From NCBI GenBank assembly GCA_951406725.2, contig OX597824.1:33046001-33110000 (forward strand): DNA of 64,000 nt. The letters run 5' to 3'. Positions within the stretch are counted from its first letter, which is position 1. Each line of letters begins with the position of its first letter. Of the stretch, positions 11,628 through 24,376 are shown piece by piece. The stretch is from Octopus vulgaris (taxonomy: Eukaryota). The notes under the pieces are model-generated. The model saw only the letters and a list, made by a program, of their open reading frames with translations, had not been told where the DNA came from and searched no databases. A program made the position numbers and the translations under genes.

Positions 11628-12994
11628 GTGGCTCTTACTTAATTTGAGCTCATGCTCACTCTGCTAAAGTTTGTAATTTTCCTGTGGACCCACCCCAAAA
11701 GACATTATTAGTTAAAAAAAGTACTTCAGCTTTGTCTTAAATAGTAGTGTGGCCCTCAACACTGAGTCTGTGCCCTCCATCCCTAACTTTCAAATTCTTC
11801 TGTGGCCCCACTGAATTTTGCCATAGCCCCAGGTTGGGAAACACTGCTATGGAATACAGTAGTGCAGTATCTCAGGCAAGCTGATATTTTTCCACTGTCC
11901 CATCTGTTCATGTATATCATGAGGTTCTGGTGGAAACCAGAACAGAAGCAGGTGATATGGGTTTTTTTTTGCAATGAGTGTTGTAAATTTTATTGGGGAG
12001 GAGAAATATCGACAGCAAAAACATTTTTCTTTTTTTTTTAGAGAAAACACATATATTCAATATGCATTATATACAATGGTGGTTAGTATTATAACACCTA
12101 TTAACCACATTGAGTTAGGATTTCAAACAATTTCTTCTAATTTCATTGACTTATCACTAGTGTGTGTGTGAGTGTGTGTGTGTGTGTGTACTTGTAGGAG
12201 TGCATTTGTGAAGTACAGACAAACACTATCAAGAAAATACATCTAATTGATTGTTAGAGAGATAAAGTGCAGAATAGTATTTAACATTCCAAGTTGAGTT
12301 AGGAACATATTAGCTTAAAAATACCAACGTGAGATCATTGATAATGCTTCAACTATGAGCAACTATTTAAGAAAGCATGTAACTGACAATACACGCTAGT
12401 TTGTTTTATTTGGTCTTGCATATTCACAAATTCGGCTTCAATTGAAATTTTAAGAATCTTTTAAAATATGGACTAAAAATAATTATGATATACTCTTAAA
12501 TATCAGAAAAAAAAAAAAATTCTAAACAGCACTCTGGAAAATTTCAGTTGTAAAATGGTTTTGATTCCATGAGGGAAAAAATGGTTTACAAGTCAACATA
12601 ACAACATATCATCAGTCACACACATAAATCATGGAGAATATGACAAATGAATAATGAATGAAGATGGAAACTTCTTCCTTTTTGATAATGGACATTTCAA
12701 ATTTAAATGAAATAGTTGTTTTAAGATCAAAGGTTCTGTGATTAAATAACTCGTTTTGCAACCATCTAATTCAGGTCCACTCCTACTGTATGGCACCTTT
12801 GGTAAATGTCTTTTACTTTAGCCCCAGCATGGAAGCGCTATTATGAAAGGCTGCCAAATTCGGGGAATGCATGGAACAAACAGGGAATACACTATGCTGA
12901 CCAGACAGACAGACAGACGAGCAATTCAAGTTGACAGCAGTATGACAAGGTAATCCAAGATATGTAGAGGCGCAATGGCCTACATATGTATTGT

Positions 12995-13162
12995 AGAGGC
13001 GCAATGGCCTAGTGGTTAGGGCAGCGGACTCGCGGTCGCAGGATCGCGGTTTCGATTCTCAGACCGGGCGTTGTGTGTGTTTATTGAGCGAAAACACCTA
13101 AAAAAAAAGCTCTACGAGGCTCCGGCAGGGGGTGGTGATCCCTGCTGTACTCTTTCACCACA
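12995..13162 (+). mobile_element. tRNA-derived SINE family C, 5' part
   Basis: GAGGCGCAATGGCCTAGTGGTTAGGGCAGCGGACTCGCGG...GGTTTCGATTC; first about 20 nt duplicated upstream at about 12963. Confidence 0.8.
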
Positions 13163-13229
13163 ATGGCGGTGCCCCAGCATGGCCACAGCTCAAGAGCTGA
13201 AACTGGAAAAACAAAAACAAAACAAACAT

Positions 13230-13612
13230 ATGAAGGTGTTGGTAGGGACCAATCAGGAATAGTTGTAGAGATGCTAAAAATATCTGAAGAAGTAGGATAC
13301 AAGATTGCCACCCACACAGTTAATCAAGTCATTCTGGAAGGGGTCATACTCAATGATTGGCATAGCAGGTGACTTAGAGAAAAGTAGCTATGAAGGAATC
13401 AAACTACTAGACCAAGTTTTGAAGGTTACAGAGTCATCAGCACAGTTGATCCATGATAGAGTAAACTTGGATGAGATGCAGTTTAGCTTTGTCTGTGGAA
13501 GGGGCACCACAGATGCAATCTTGCTAGTGAGGTAACTGCAGGAGAAATACTTGGCTAAGAATAAACCATTATTTCTGGCTTTCACTGATTTGGAGGAAGA
13601 ATTTGATAGGAT
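13230..13612 (+). mobile_element. RTE LINE RT fragment
   Basis: SYEGIKLLDQVLKV...DEMQFSFVCGRGTTDAILLVR*LQEKYLAKNKPLFLAFTDLEEEFDR. Confidence 0.85.
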
Positions 13613-14144
13613 GCTATGTAAAGTGGCTGGCATTAGGAAGGGCATCTAAATGTAGAAGCCATACCAAAGCAGATATTGGTGCACAATGCAGTCCTTGGAC
13701 CCGTCAGATCTTGTCAAATTGTCCAACCTATGCCAACATGGACCTTAAATGACAATAATGATTACTCTGCAGCAAAAGTGTTAAGACCAGCCCCGCTGGT
13801 GGTCAGGATTTATCTGCATGTAAAAAGTACTCATGCCAGTGCCATGTAAAAGCACCCATGCAGAGTCATGTAAAAGCACCCGCATGGAGCCACATAAAAG
13901 CACCCGTGTGGAACCACATAAAAACTCCCAAGCAGTGCTATGTAAAAATACCCAGCACACTCTGTAAAGTGGTTGGCATTAGGAAGAGCATCCAGCCATA
14001 GAAACCATGTTAAATCAGACTAGAGTCTAGTGCAGCTCCCTAGATTGTCAGCTCTAGTCAAACTATCTGACACATGTGAGCATGGACAACAGACATTAAA
14101 GGATGATGATGATGATATATATATATTATTTTACTTAGGCATAG

Positions 14145-14380
14145 CGATACTAATGACCTGGTGTTAGATATCAATATACAAATGCTTCAGAAGGAAGTGT
14201 CAGTTGAGAACAGAGCAGTAACATGTAGAATGACAAAGGAATAAGAAATTATGTCATGAACTTCATTAACTCACAGCTGTTTCTGTTATAAGATGTAATG
14301 CACTCATAGTTGAATGTTTGTGTATCACTCTATAGCTTCATTGGTGTGAAAAGTGTTAAGATATTTCCATACATGTTGTA
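14145..14380 (-). mobile_element. Decayed Penelope-like fragment with hammerhead remnant
   Basis: Minus strand ...AATGAAGCTATAG...TTATAACAGAAACAGCTGT (palindromic ACAGCTGT after GAA). Related sequence at about 61750-61870. Confidence 0.4.
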
Positions 14381-15371
14381 TCATACAAAAAAAAAACTGG
14401 GTGAAAATGCACAACATTAAGAGAACTGTAATCTTTTTAGAAAAATGAAAAAGGCCAAAAGTAAATGGCATTTTATTTAGATATATTAAATCTTTCTAAC
14501 TTGTTTTGTCTATTCTGGACTTAGCAAATGCAAATGAGAAAGTAACTACAATAGTTGATATATGGAGAGAGTTGAAGGCTGAGAACTAGAGTGTCATGTT
14601 ACAAGACAAAGAATGTTCAGTAAAGAATTTGTGTGAAAGGATATGGTTTTTAAACAGTAAAGTAAGGAGTGTTGAGTTAGGAACTTAAGTATCAAGTTAA
14701 GATTTCTAAACACTAGACTGCCCTAAAGATATTGATAGGCAGACATGGTAATGAGAACCAGGTAGAGAGATCAGCAGAGGTGAGTGTTGAGGGTAGAAGA
14801 ATGAGGTGGGCAGGTTAAAGATAAGGAGTGGTTAGCTGAACTTTGGTTCCAGGCATGTTAGCCTTTTAACTGGCCATGGCCAGATCCAGCCTCTTGCACC
14901 TGTTCTACAATGCAATTTTATAAATATAAAATCAAATCACTGAAATCTCAAAGAAATGAGGTAATGCATGATTAATTGAAAATAATGAGAATAAGTGAGT
15001 ATTACATTTGACAGAGTAATCTGAATGCTAAAGGGTAAGTACTTTCTTTAGGAAAAATTGAAGTCTTTATAAGATATACAAAGATACACACACACAAAGG
15101 TTAATGATAAACTGTGTACATCCAAACAGTATGTGAATATGTGTGCGCAAACCCATGCATATGTATCTAAACAGCTTTCTGTTATATTAGGTATCACTAT
15201 GAATTTTTGAAAATATTTAAAACAAACTTCTGCTTTTCTTGGAGAGCATCCAAAAAGAAACATTTTGACACCTCATTTGTGAAATTTGGATGAATACTTT
15301 AGAAAATATGACAATCTGAATGGTCAGCAAATTGGTCAAAATTTTACCTAATTAGGCCTATATGAATAATT

Positions 15372-16005
15372 AGCCATGCCAGGGGTGTAACCAGCCCACT
15401 TGTGCATACCTTTTCCTTCTTTGAACACTAAACTCTGCTTGCGAAGACCTGTTGAGGCAAGTGAAATCGAAATCAAAATCAAAGTGAAATTCAATGATGG
15501 GCATGAGCACCATACGAGCGTGATCATTGACAGACCGGCTTCCGTGCCAGTGGCACATAAAAGGCACCATTCGAGTGTGATCGTTGCCAGCCTCATCTTA
15601 CTGGTACTTGTGCCCCATGTTAGTAGGGTGCTAAGAGCACCATCCGAGCGTGATCGTTGCCAGAGCGGCTTACTGGCTTCCGTGCCGGTGGCATGTAAGA
15701 GGCACCATTCGAGCAGGATCGTTACCAGCATCGCCTTACTGGCACCTGTGCCATTGGCATGTGTGAAAAAATTCGAGCGAGGTCGTTGCCAGTACCTCCT
15801 GACTGGCCTCCGTTTCGGTGGCACATAAAAGCACCCACTACACTCTCGGAGTGATTGGCATTAGGAAGGGCATCCAGCTGTAGAAACTCTGCCAGATCAA
15901 GACTGGAGCCTGGTGCAGCCATCTGGTTCGCCAGCCCACAGTCAAACTGTCCAACTCATGCTAGCATGGAAAGCGGACATTAAACGATGATGATGATGAT
16001 GATGA
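15372..16005 (+). mobile_element. RTE 3' UTR / family D element with internal composite repeats
   Basis: Repeated GCACCATTCGAGCGTGATCGTT motifs followed by the family D box and (GAT)n tail; paralog at about 56150-56666. Confidence 0.82.
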
Positions 16006-16127
16006 TTTGAGATTGTCATATCTTTGAAATTCAGGTGATAACCAACTTCAAATTACATGAATAGTGGCCAAGGGATAACAGTTGCCTACTTTTTTTTTCC
16101 AGATTCTTGAAAATGAAATTTTTTTTG

Positions 16128-16365
16128 TTGCGTCTGGGGAGAGTCATTTTCGTTTTGTGCCTTATAATTTAACACACTCACTGGTAAAATTTCCACTTAT
16201 TTATTTTTATTTTCCTAAAATTTTCGTTGCATCTTGGAAAGGTTGCACGATGCAACAAAAATTTTAAGGAAAATAAAAATAAGAAATAAGTGGAAATTTT
16301 ACCGGTGTATGTGTTAAATACAAAAAGAAAAGCACAAAAAGAAAATTACTCTCCTCAGACACAAC
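16128..16365. mobile_element. Penelope-like inverted pLTR fold-back
   Basis: Two arms of about 110-125 bp in inverted orientation, meeting at about 16236 inside the hammerhead motif. Confidence 0.65.
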
Positions 16366-17797
16366 AGAATATGCTTCAACACACGAACTCACATAAAGAA
16401 TCTTGCAAACCAAATCCAAAAATGAAATTTTTTTTTAGTTTTGGCAATTTTTAAAATATTTATGTAAAGGCTATTTTGTTGCATGTAACAAACAGTTGGT
16501 TGATTTCACACTGTTTAGGGACTTGAGTTTTTGGCACATTTGTAGTAGGTACAGATCTAAATAGATCCTGAGCTTTTGGGACAATACCATTTCAATAAAA
16601 TTTTAATGGATCAAGATGCCCACATAAGTTGGATTTTCTCCATTTTGATGGGGAATTTTCAAATTTTGTTTTCACTGCAGCCTTGGAAATGGTGGGGGAA
16701 AGCATTTTATGAAAAAACATTTTGTAACCTTATGATTTTCTTCACACACCCCTTCCCCTCCATCTGGACCAACTTCGGCCAATTTTTTTTTTTTTGCACT
16801 ACACACTTAAAAATGATGGGCGGAGCCTTTTCAGCAATAATAATAAAAATGGTGGGGGATATTTTCAGACAAAAAGCTAAGTGATTTAAAGGAGATTTAG
16901 CTGTTGTTTCTAGCACATCCTATTACCACCAGGTATTTTCCTCATTTCTTTGTGGCTCTGACATATATTGATGCCTTTCAATACTTTTCTCCCCATGAAC
17001 ACATTTTATGGATAGGTGATGCAGAAGTAACACAGAGGTCTTGTTTAGTCCAAGGGTGGTCCATTGTTGGGATTTAAGCAACCAAAAAAATTTTGTAATT
17101 TGAATTTTTACCCCCCCCCCCCCCCCCACACACACACACATACACACACTCCACAGCAAGTAAGTGTGTGTGTGTGTGTGTATGTATGTGAGTGTGAGTA
17201 AGGAAAAGTATATTTACTAACAGAAAAGTATGCTAATAAAATAAATTACCTTTTACATATTTTTTTTAAATCAGTAGATAAATCCCCGGAATGACCTTCT
17301 CAGGCTCTCCAATATTTTAAAATTATAAACAAAAACAAAGGGTGGGAATAATAAAAAAATCACACATTTCCCAAATGCCTTTTAAATGTACACATACGCA
17401 CACACATGCACAGATTCACTTGAGGCAAGAGTAGGGAGATGAGGAAGGTACCAAGTGGTCATGGGATGGGCTAGAAACAACAGCTAAAACTCCCTTAAAT
17501 TACACACCTTTTCATCTAGCATATTTTCCTGTCAGTAAATGTTATTTCTTACACACACTACTTATCAAACTGGCATTTGACGAGTAGTATCAGTATGTGT
17601 TAATCCTATATGAACAGCTGTGGTAGTCCCCTTTTTATTGACTTTGTACTTTTGCGTCATATCATGGTCAGTTTCAACAATGACCATATTGAATTTGCGA
17701 GAGATTTTTTTTTCTTATGGTATAAAAAATCTTAAAGAAAATATGTTCTTTTCTAATAGAAAAATAACAATAAAATTTTAACTACAATATTTCATAA

Positions 17798-18141
17798 CTA
17801 GCACTATGACCCAGCAACGCTGGGTCATAATGCTAGTGCATGCACACATATACGCGAGTACTGTCCAAATCTCCGACCAATCACATACAGCTAGCTGGCA
17901 TTCAATAGGCGTATCAAGTTTTGGGCATTTTGATTGGGTTTTGGATAGAAAATTCACAAAAAAGTCACTTCTATTGATTTTTTAATGGCTTTGCAGGGTG
18001 ACTGAGGAAATGTAAAGATGTGTACGACCACCCTTGGACGGTTTTAAATGACGATAGAAAGTGCAAGCCCTCTAAATGAAAAATTATGGATATGTATAAA
18101 GGACACACACGCAGACATTTTGCTATTTATATATAGAGAGA
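17798..18141 (-). mobile_element. Non-autonomous Helitron
   Basis: Minus strand starts A|TCTCTCTATATATAAA and ends CTAG|T; hairpin TATGACCCAGC-AAC-GCTGGGTCATA at 17805-17829; no TSD. Confidence 0.8.
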
Positions 18142-18793
18142 TAATAGTTATCTGACCTGCCTCATTGATTTTTATATCAAAATAAAGTAAAAAATGTTCT
18201 CTTTATAACAGTATCATTTTCAACACAAACTGAGTTGTTGTGCTCCGGTACAGTGAACAAGAATGAGGGTTATCGTTCAGCACTCAAAATCAAAAATAGG
18301 AGAAACTTATTGAATGGGTGGAAATACAAGGGTAACTGAAGGAACCTGGCATATGTAAGTGTTGGATTTTGATCAAAAGTATATGAGAAGAAAGGTCACA
18401 TCCAGAACTTTCAAATGATATATAATTATTCACAGAAGAAAAATGTATTTTGATATGAAAATGATCATGCAAAAAGTAGCTTTTTGTGTGATCAAACTGT
18501 GCTTGTCTCCTCTTCTATGGAGCTCTGCAGTGCTAGTATTCTTTATATCATAAGTCAAGGAAATTGTCAACTGTTCAAGTAAGGTTTAGAATTCATAAAT
18601 TCTTTATTTATTTGTTGTTGTTCAGTCATTGAATCTAAGCATTTGTAAAATGAAAATATTTTAAAATCCTGCCATTTCACATCAGCACATTGTCCACTTA
18701 ATGGAACTTCTGTGTTTTGTTTTTTTGTCATTATTTGCTGTATATATATAGTCATTCTTCTGCTTTGTGATAATCCCGGCTGTCCAATATGTA

Positions 18794-19359
18794 TTGGATT
18801 GTCCAGAAAGTTTGTGCCAATTTATAGCAGCTTACCTTTCGACTTATTTTAAAACATGGTTGAGTCCATAAAATAGGATTTGACTACACCTTCATTTAGA
18901 GCACAGTTTAAGCTATCTTTTCGTGGAAGAAGGTTTAAATTCCTATAACCTGTGTTAATTCTGTAACCCTTTAAAATGGAAGATAAGAAAGTTCATTTTC
19001 GGCACTTGATGCTTTGGGAACCAGACAAAAATTGCTACAGCTCAGATGGGATGTGTTACCCCACCCTCCATATTCACCACATATAGCTCCTTTGGATTTC
19101 CACTTCTTCAGGTCTCTGCAGAATAGTCTTAATGGTAAAAATTTCAATTCCTTGGATGACGTAAAAAGATACCTTGATGAATTCTTTGCCATGAAACCAC
19201 CTCAATTCAAGGAAGATGGTATTTTCAAGTTAATTGAAAGAAGACGACGCATTGTGCAACAAAATGGTTCATATTTGGTTGATCAAAAATATAATGGCAA
19301 ATATTTATCGACCTTTTTCTTTCCTTTAAAAGTCAGCACGAACTTTCCGGGCAACCCAA
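18794..19359 (+). mobile_element. Internally deleted mariner transposon
   Basis: About 30-bp TIRs with TA flanks. N-terminus MEDKKVHFRHLMLWE (ATG 18976) fused out of frame to C-terminal WDVLPHPPYSPHIAPLDFHFFRSLQNSL. Confidence 0.92.
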
Positions 19360-19789
19360 TAGTTTGGCAAACACACACCACATATATATATATGAACTAT
19401 GTGCTATCTACCAAATCTACTCACAGGGCTTTGGTCAATCCAAAGCCAAGTTGCCATATAGAGGGATTGAATCTTAAACCACATGGTTAGAAAAGTAGCT
19501 TCTTGACCACACAACCAGGCCTGGTTAAATAGTTGCAATCCACCACAACAGCATTAATTAGTTGCAATCCATCACAACAGCATTCGACGAAGAATTACAG
19601 GGGGTCAAATAAGGGACAGCATGAAAAAGACCAGCTCACCAAGATGAACTGCTTGAAATACTTAGCCAGCACCATGCTCATCCCTCACACTGATGTTGTC
19701 AATTTCAATAAACGATATTCCAGCAATATGATGCATTTTTCACATTTTCTAACTGTGAAAACAATTTCACTAAAATTTGAAAGTTTACT

Positions 19790-20094
19790 ACTGTATAATC
19801 GTACACGCAGCTTTAAATGTAAAACGTGTGTCATCTTCAACAGAATTTCTTAATTTGTCATACATGTATATTTTAGCTAACATTTTAATTGGCAGTGTCA
19901 GTACCTGCTACGCATTTAAGATATAGTACAGTAAGGTAGCGTATTAAGATATTTTAAATGAGGTGAGAAGTCAATGGCGAAGAAGTGGCTTAAGGGGGTC
20001 AATGCGGAAGGAGAAGTTGCTAAAGGGGATCGATGTGGAAGGAGAAGTGGCTAAAGAGGGGTGGGTCGATGGTCGAAAAAGTTTGGCGACTCCT
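19790..20094 (+). mobile_element. hAT-like MITE 3' portion with about 30-bp tandem repeats
   Basis: Ends GGTCGAAAAAGTTTGGCGACTCCTG; three GAGAAGTGGCTAAAGGGGG units at about 19965-20070. Confidence 0.5.
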
Positions 20095-20799
20095 GGATTA
20101 GATAAAAGTACCCCACTACCCCCGGCGTTATACCTTTGATGATGTGCTGAATAAAGGGTCCAAGGATGGAGAGGATGTCTGTATCATTTTACAACTAAAA
20201 GGTGCACCTGAAACAAGATTGGAGACATGGATGGTGTGCAAAGGCAGCAAATTTTAGCCAAGCATCTGTACAATGGCAACTTAAATGTGATGGTTGGTCA
20301 TTTATGCAGGAAAATGGTAATGAACTGCAGTCTTTTTTAAAGGAATCCGGAATCTCTAAGTAACACAACATCCAACCCAATCTGGAGATATTCAGATAAA
20401 AGAAAGAATAAAAACTGTCCACTCAGTTTTTAAATCTTTGCTTGTCCTGTGTATTGCATGTGATATGCAGGACATGTTTCACTGCCATCCATGCATCATA
20501 TATGAAACACATTCCCAATTTTTCTCAACCACAAGAGTAACTTGTAATGTATGAAAGCAAAACGTTATACTCTACTGTATGTATGAAAGGGCTGACTAAA
20601 ACAGTCTGAATACAAGTATGGACATTTATCACAAACTTATGAAAAGGCTTTGGGCAGACACAGGGTTGATCTTGATAGGATATCATGTGACCAAGAAACT
20701 AATTGGATCCTTGAAACATCAGAATAATATTGGGTGGGGTCAATTATGGAAAACTCAAACAAGAGGCAGCTATATAGCTGTATTAAACACCACTGGAAA

Positions 20800-22760
20800 G
20801 GCTAGAAATGCTAGCTAAATCAAAGCTTCTTTTGCCCAGGAAATGAGGATGATGTTTGCCTTCATAAGCATACTTGTCAGCTAACTGGTGTTGTAATAGA
20901 CTAATAAAAGTGAGATGGTAATCGAAGTATAATTGATTATGTATTTATCTTTCAACAATGACAAACCAATAGAACAGAAAGAAAAATTCCTGCAATCTGC
21001 TACCAAGACACCTGGATACAGTACCAACGACTGATGTCCTCAACAATTTTAATGCCTGTGAGGGAAGTTTTTAAAGTAAACATGGGGCTGTGCATTTAGT
21101 TTGGATTCATCACCAAATAAAAAGAAGCTGGAAAATGCTAACCACAAGACAAGACCGAGGAAAGTTCTGGGTGTTGACAACATTCCCATGAAAGTCTGTA
21201 AGTGCAAGGGAAAGGAATTATATCGTAGACTTTTCTAATTCCTCAGAGAATGTTGATAATGCTGCATCTTCCCACCACAGTCCAAAGATGCAAAAGGGTC
21301 ACTGTTTGCAAGTGGAAGGGCTACCAACCCAACTGTGGAAATTGAGAAATTTTCCTCCATTTGATTGCAGGGAAAATTTTGGTAAAAATACTACTCAGAC
21401 AACTGCAAAAAATGTCTGTGAATTCTCCCTGAAAGTCAACATAGATTCTGTGTCTAGAGCCCTGATAAGAAAATTAGATTTTCATGCTGTTGAAAAATTC
21501 AGAGAAATCTATCAAATGAATGGCAAATTCCACCCATTCACACACAAATTTTGTGTTCATTAGTTTTATGAAAGCTATAGACAGAAAAGGAGGGGAAGGC
21601 TTACGACCTTGCTCAATAGATATCAGTGTCTGGACAAATTTGGAAAGAGTCAAACAGTATTATCATGATATGACTATCACAGTCTCTCTTTGGAACAACA
21701 ATTTAACCTTCCTTCTCGCTGCTGAAGATGTAAAGCAGTTCTATGTACTAAGTGCAACACTATTTGTGATATTTCTGGGTGTTGTACTTGTAAATATGGT
21801 GAGCAAGTTGACAAGTGTAAAGTATATTCATAGAAAAGGGGATGGTGAGCTGTTGAACCCATCTTGGCTAAAATCCACTAAAAACGGGTATGATACATGT
21901 ATTCACTAACTTCTCTTCACTGATGACTCAATTCTGGCAATTCATTCCCCTGAAGAAATATAGAAAATATGGATATGGAATGCTTAAGTGAGAACTTCTA
22001 ATTTTTTTAGTTGTGAATCTGCTTTTGAATGTAGATAAATTCACATATTTGGCCAGTATAATTTTTTTGTTGGTAACAATTTGGATGTGAAGGTAGCTAG
22101 CTGCACCTTGTCTGCTGCTGTCACAACTACAACAAGTTACTATGGAAACAATAAAGAATAAAATGGTCAACAAAAAGCAAAAGTGTATTTAATAATGGTG
22201 CTAACTCATCTTGCATTCTGCCAAAGCCTAAAAACTGTACTGTCAACACATCAAAAAGACTATAATAAGCAATTTTTGGCAAGATTTACATCTCCAGCCT
22301 CGAGGTCAAGCAGTGGGCAAATATGACAAATACTGATTTCAAATTTTGACACAAAGCCAGCAATTTTGGGAGAGGGGATAAGTCAATTACATTGGTCCCA
22401 CTACTCAGCTGGTACTTATTTTATTGACCCTGAAAGGATGAAAGGCAAAGTTGACCTTCAGCAGCATTTGGACTCAGAATGTAAAGTCGGAAGAAATGCT
22501 GCTACATATTTTTTCCAGCGCAGTAATGATCCTGCCAGCTCACCACCTCGAATATGACAAATATTGAATTTATTTTGTTGGAACTGCAAATGTGTTAGGT
22601 AGGACACTCAAATTGTATGGAGGACTCTAGGATCCCCAAGGTCAAACACTGCAGTGAGCTAAAGTGTGGAAGAAGGAACCCAAAATGTCATGAGGAGGAT
22701 CCAGTTCTCCTAATGGCGAGCATTGTGTCGATGAAACGGACTTTCTGATTAGTGACTGCA
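20800..22760 (+). mobile_element. Old RTE (BovB-like) LINE remnant, interrupted by a SINE
   Basis: Decayed KVLGVDNIP, NCGN...IAGK, LPESQ, FISFMKAID, VKQFYVLSATLF and LLFTDD motifs; resumes after the SINE with MEDSRIPK. Confidence 0.8.
22337..22550 (-). mobile_element. SINE family B with TSD
   Basis: AATATGACAAATA duplicated at about 22320 and 22551. Confidence 0.8.
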
Positions 22761-23199
22761 GAAGAAAAGACAGCAACCAGCCATGAAGAATATCAGAAAA
22801 CAGCAATAACAAAAGATGTTAAAATTACAGGGTTAAAATGAAACAAGAAGGAAAGAGAGAACACATAAGAGCATGCCAACAGTATTCTGTGGCAATGGTT
22901 GTATTGGCATCTTTGGTTTGGTTCCATAAAACGGTAAAACATCATTGAAGTTTCTTAAAAAACCAAATCTTTACTGCAACCTAGTCATGCTTCACTGCAA
23001 ATGACTGGTGAATATATATTATCAACATTTAACATATGTCTTCTATGCTGGCAAGGGGTGGATGATTTGACAGGATACAGCAGGCTGCTGGGCTGTGACG
23101 AGCCGCCAGTGTCCAGTTTGGCATCATCTCTATGGTTGGATGCCCTTCCTGATGCCAAGAACACCATATTATTACACACACATAAGTTTTTCTAGATAT

Positions 23200-23506
23200 A
23201 CCACATCTACATTTGATTGACAGATCAGCTGCTTTAATAACCAGCCATGATGCTGTCACAGTTTTATCACCATCTGTGACATAGAGGAGTGAAAAATAAA
23301 CAAATACTGAAGCCTGACCAACCACTATTGGTTTGTGCTGGGTCACTGTCAGGACTCCACCATACTGCCAATTTCCTCCACAGAATCAGGATAACTGTGG
23401 CTCATCTGAGAAATGAGCCCTGCGAGCGGGATGGCTGCTGGAGAAAGTGTCGCTGGCCATTCTCCACAGTAACGCCTTTGCAATCATGTCCACAAGGCAC
23501 AGCTAA
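23200..23506 (+). mobile_element. 3' end of a CRE-clade (restriction-like endonuclease) non-LTR element
   Basis: Frameshifted translation ...TANFLHRIRITVAHLRNEPCER / WLLEKVSLAILHSNAFAIMSTRHS* resembles the CRE C-terminal motif QRLSVAIQRGNA. Confidence 0.6.
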
Positions 23507-24376
23507 ACACACTGTTTGTTCTGGAGTGTACAACTCATTTCTTCCTCCCAACCCCCAATTTTCTGCTGCTCAATCCCTCTCCCTTTTTTTCTTTTTCTTT
23601 GTTTCCTTGGTGAGACAGTCATGTTTTGTTTTGTTGTTTTCTCAATAATTTGATCTTTTGTACTTTTAGAGCTCTTTTTTTTTTTCTTTTGTTTCCTGTA
23701 AAAATATGTTGATAATAAAAAGTTGAGTGATACAGTTTCTACCAAGATGGTAAACTGTTCTTCATACAACCAGTTATTGCCCTCTGATTATTGGTTCCAT
23801 GGCTTTACCATCATATGAACTTAGAGAAATAGGCCAGTAATATCTAGCATCTTCTCTACTTCCTTAATTACAAAAGAAAAGTATCTCAAGTGATTTTATT
23901 AGAGTCATGTTTGCAAGAGAATTATCAGGAACACATCTCAACCTCTTGCTTATTCTCATTTTATCGACAGAATATCATGACTGTCCTAACAGCCAGATAT
24001 ATAGTTACAGTATTAAACTTTTTGCATTTAAACCAGCCACGTCCAGCCCAAATATTCTACTTGTTTTATGTTCATAGAGACCAGATCCAGCCTCTCACAC
24101 CATCTCTACAATGTCATTCTAAAAATATACAATCACATCATTGAAATCTTGAAGCTACAAGATAAAGGATGATAAATTCAAAACAATGTAAATAAAGAAG
24201 CAATTCATTTCACAGAGTAATCTGAATGCTAAAGGTTTAAGAATTTGTCTGGCTTAATTGCGAGCAGGTGACTAAAAACACTTTTGAAGGGTTCCGCCAG
24301 TATTTTGCTTATCCTTCAGGGACTGCAGCTAATGCACTATATCCATGGAACAATGGATTTATTTACTTCATATTTA

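Noticed and set aside
15500-15830. Repeat-spacer pattern resembling a CRISPR array (also 56150-56490 and 31401-31850)
   Set aside because: Intervening segments are related to each other, the arrays lie in a retroelement UTR, the context is eukaryotic and there are no cas genes.
19014-19490. 158-aa transposase ORF as a functional or domesticated gene
   Set aside because: Lacks the DNA-binding domain and first two catalytic aspartates, has no real ATG and runs through the TIR.
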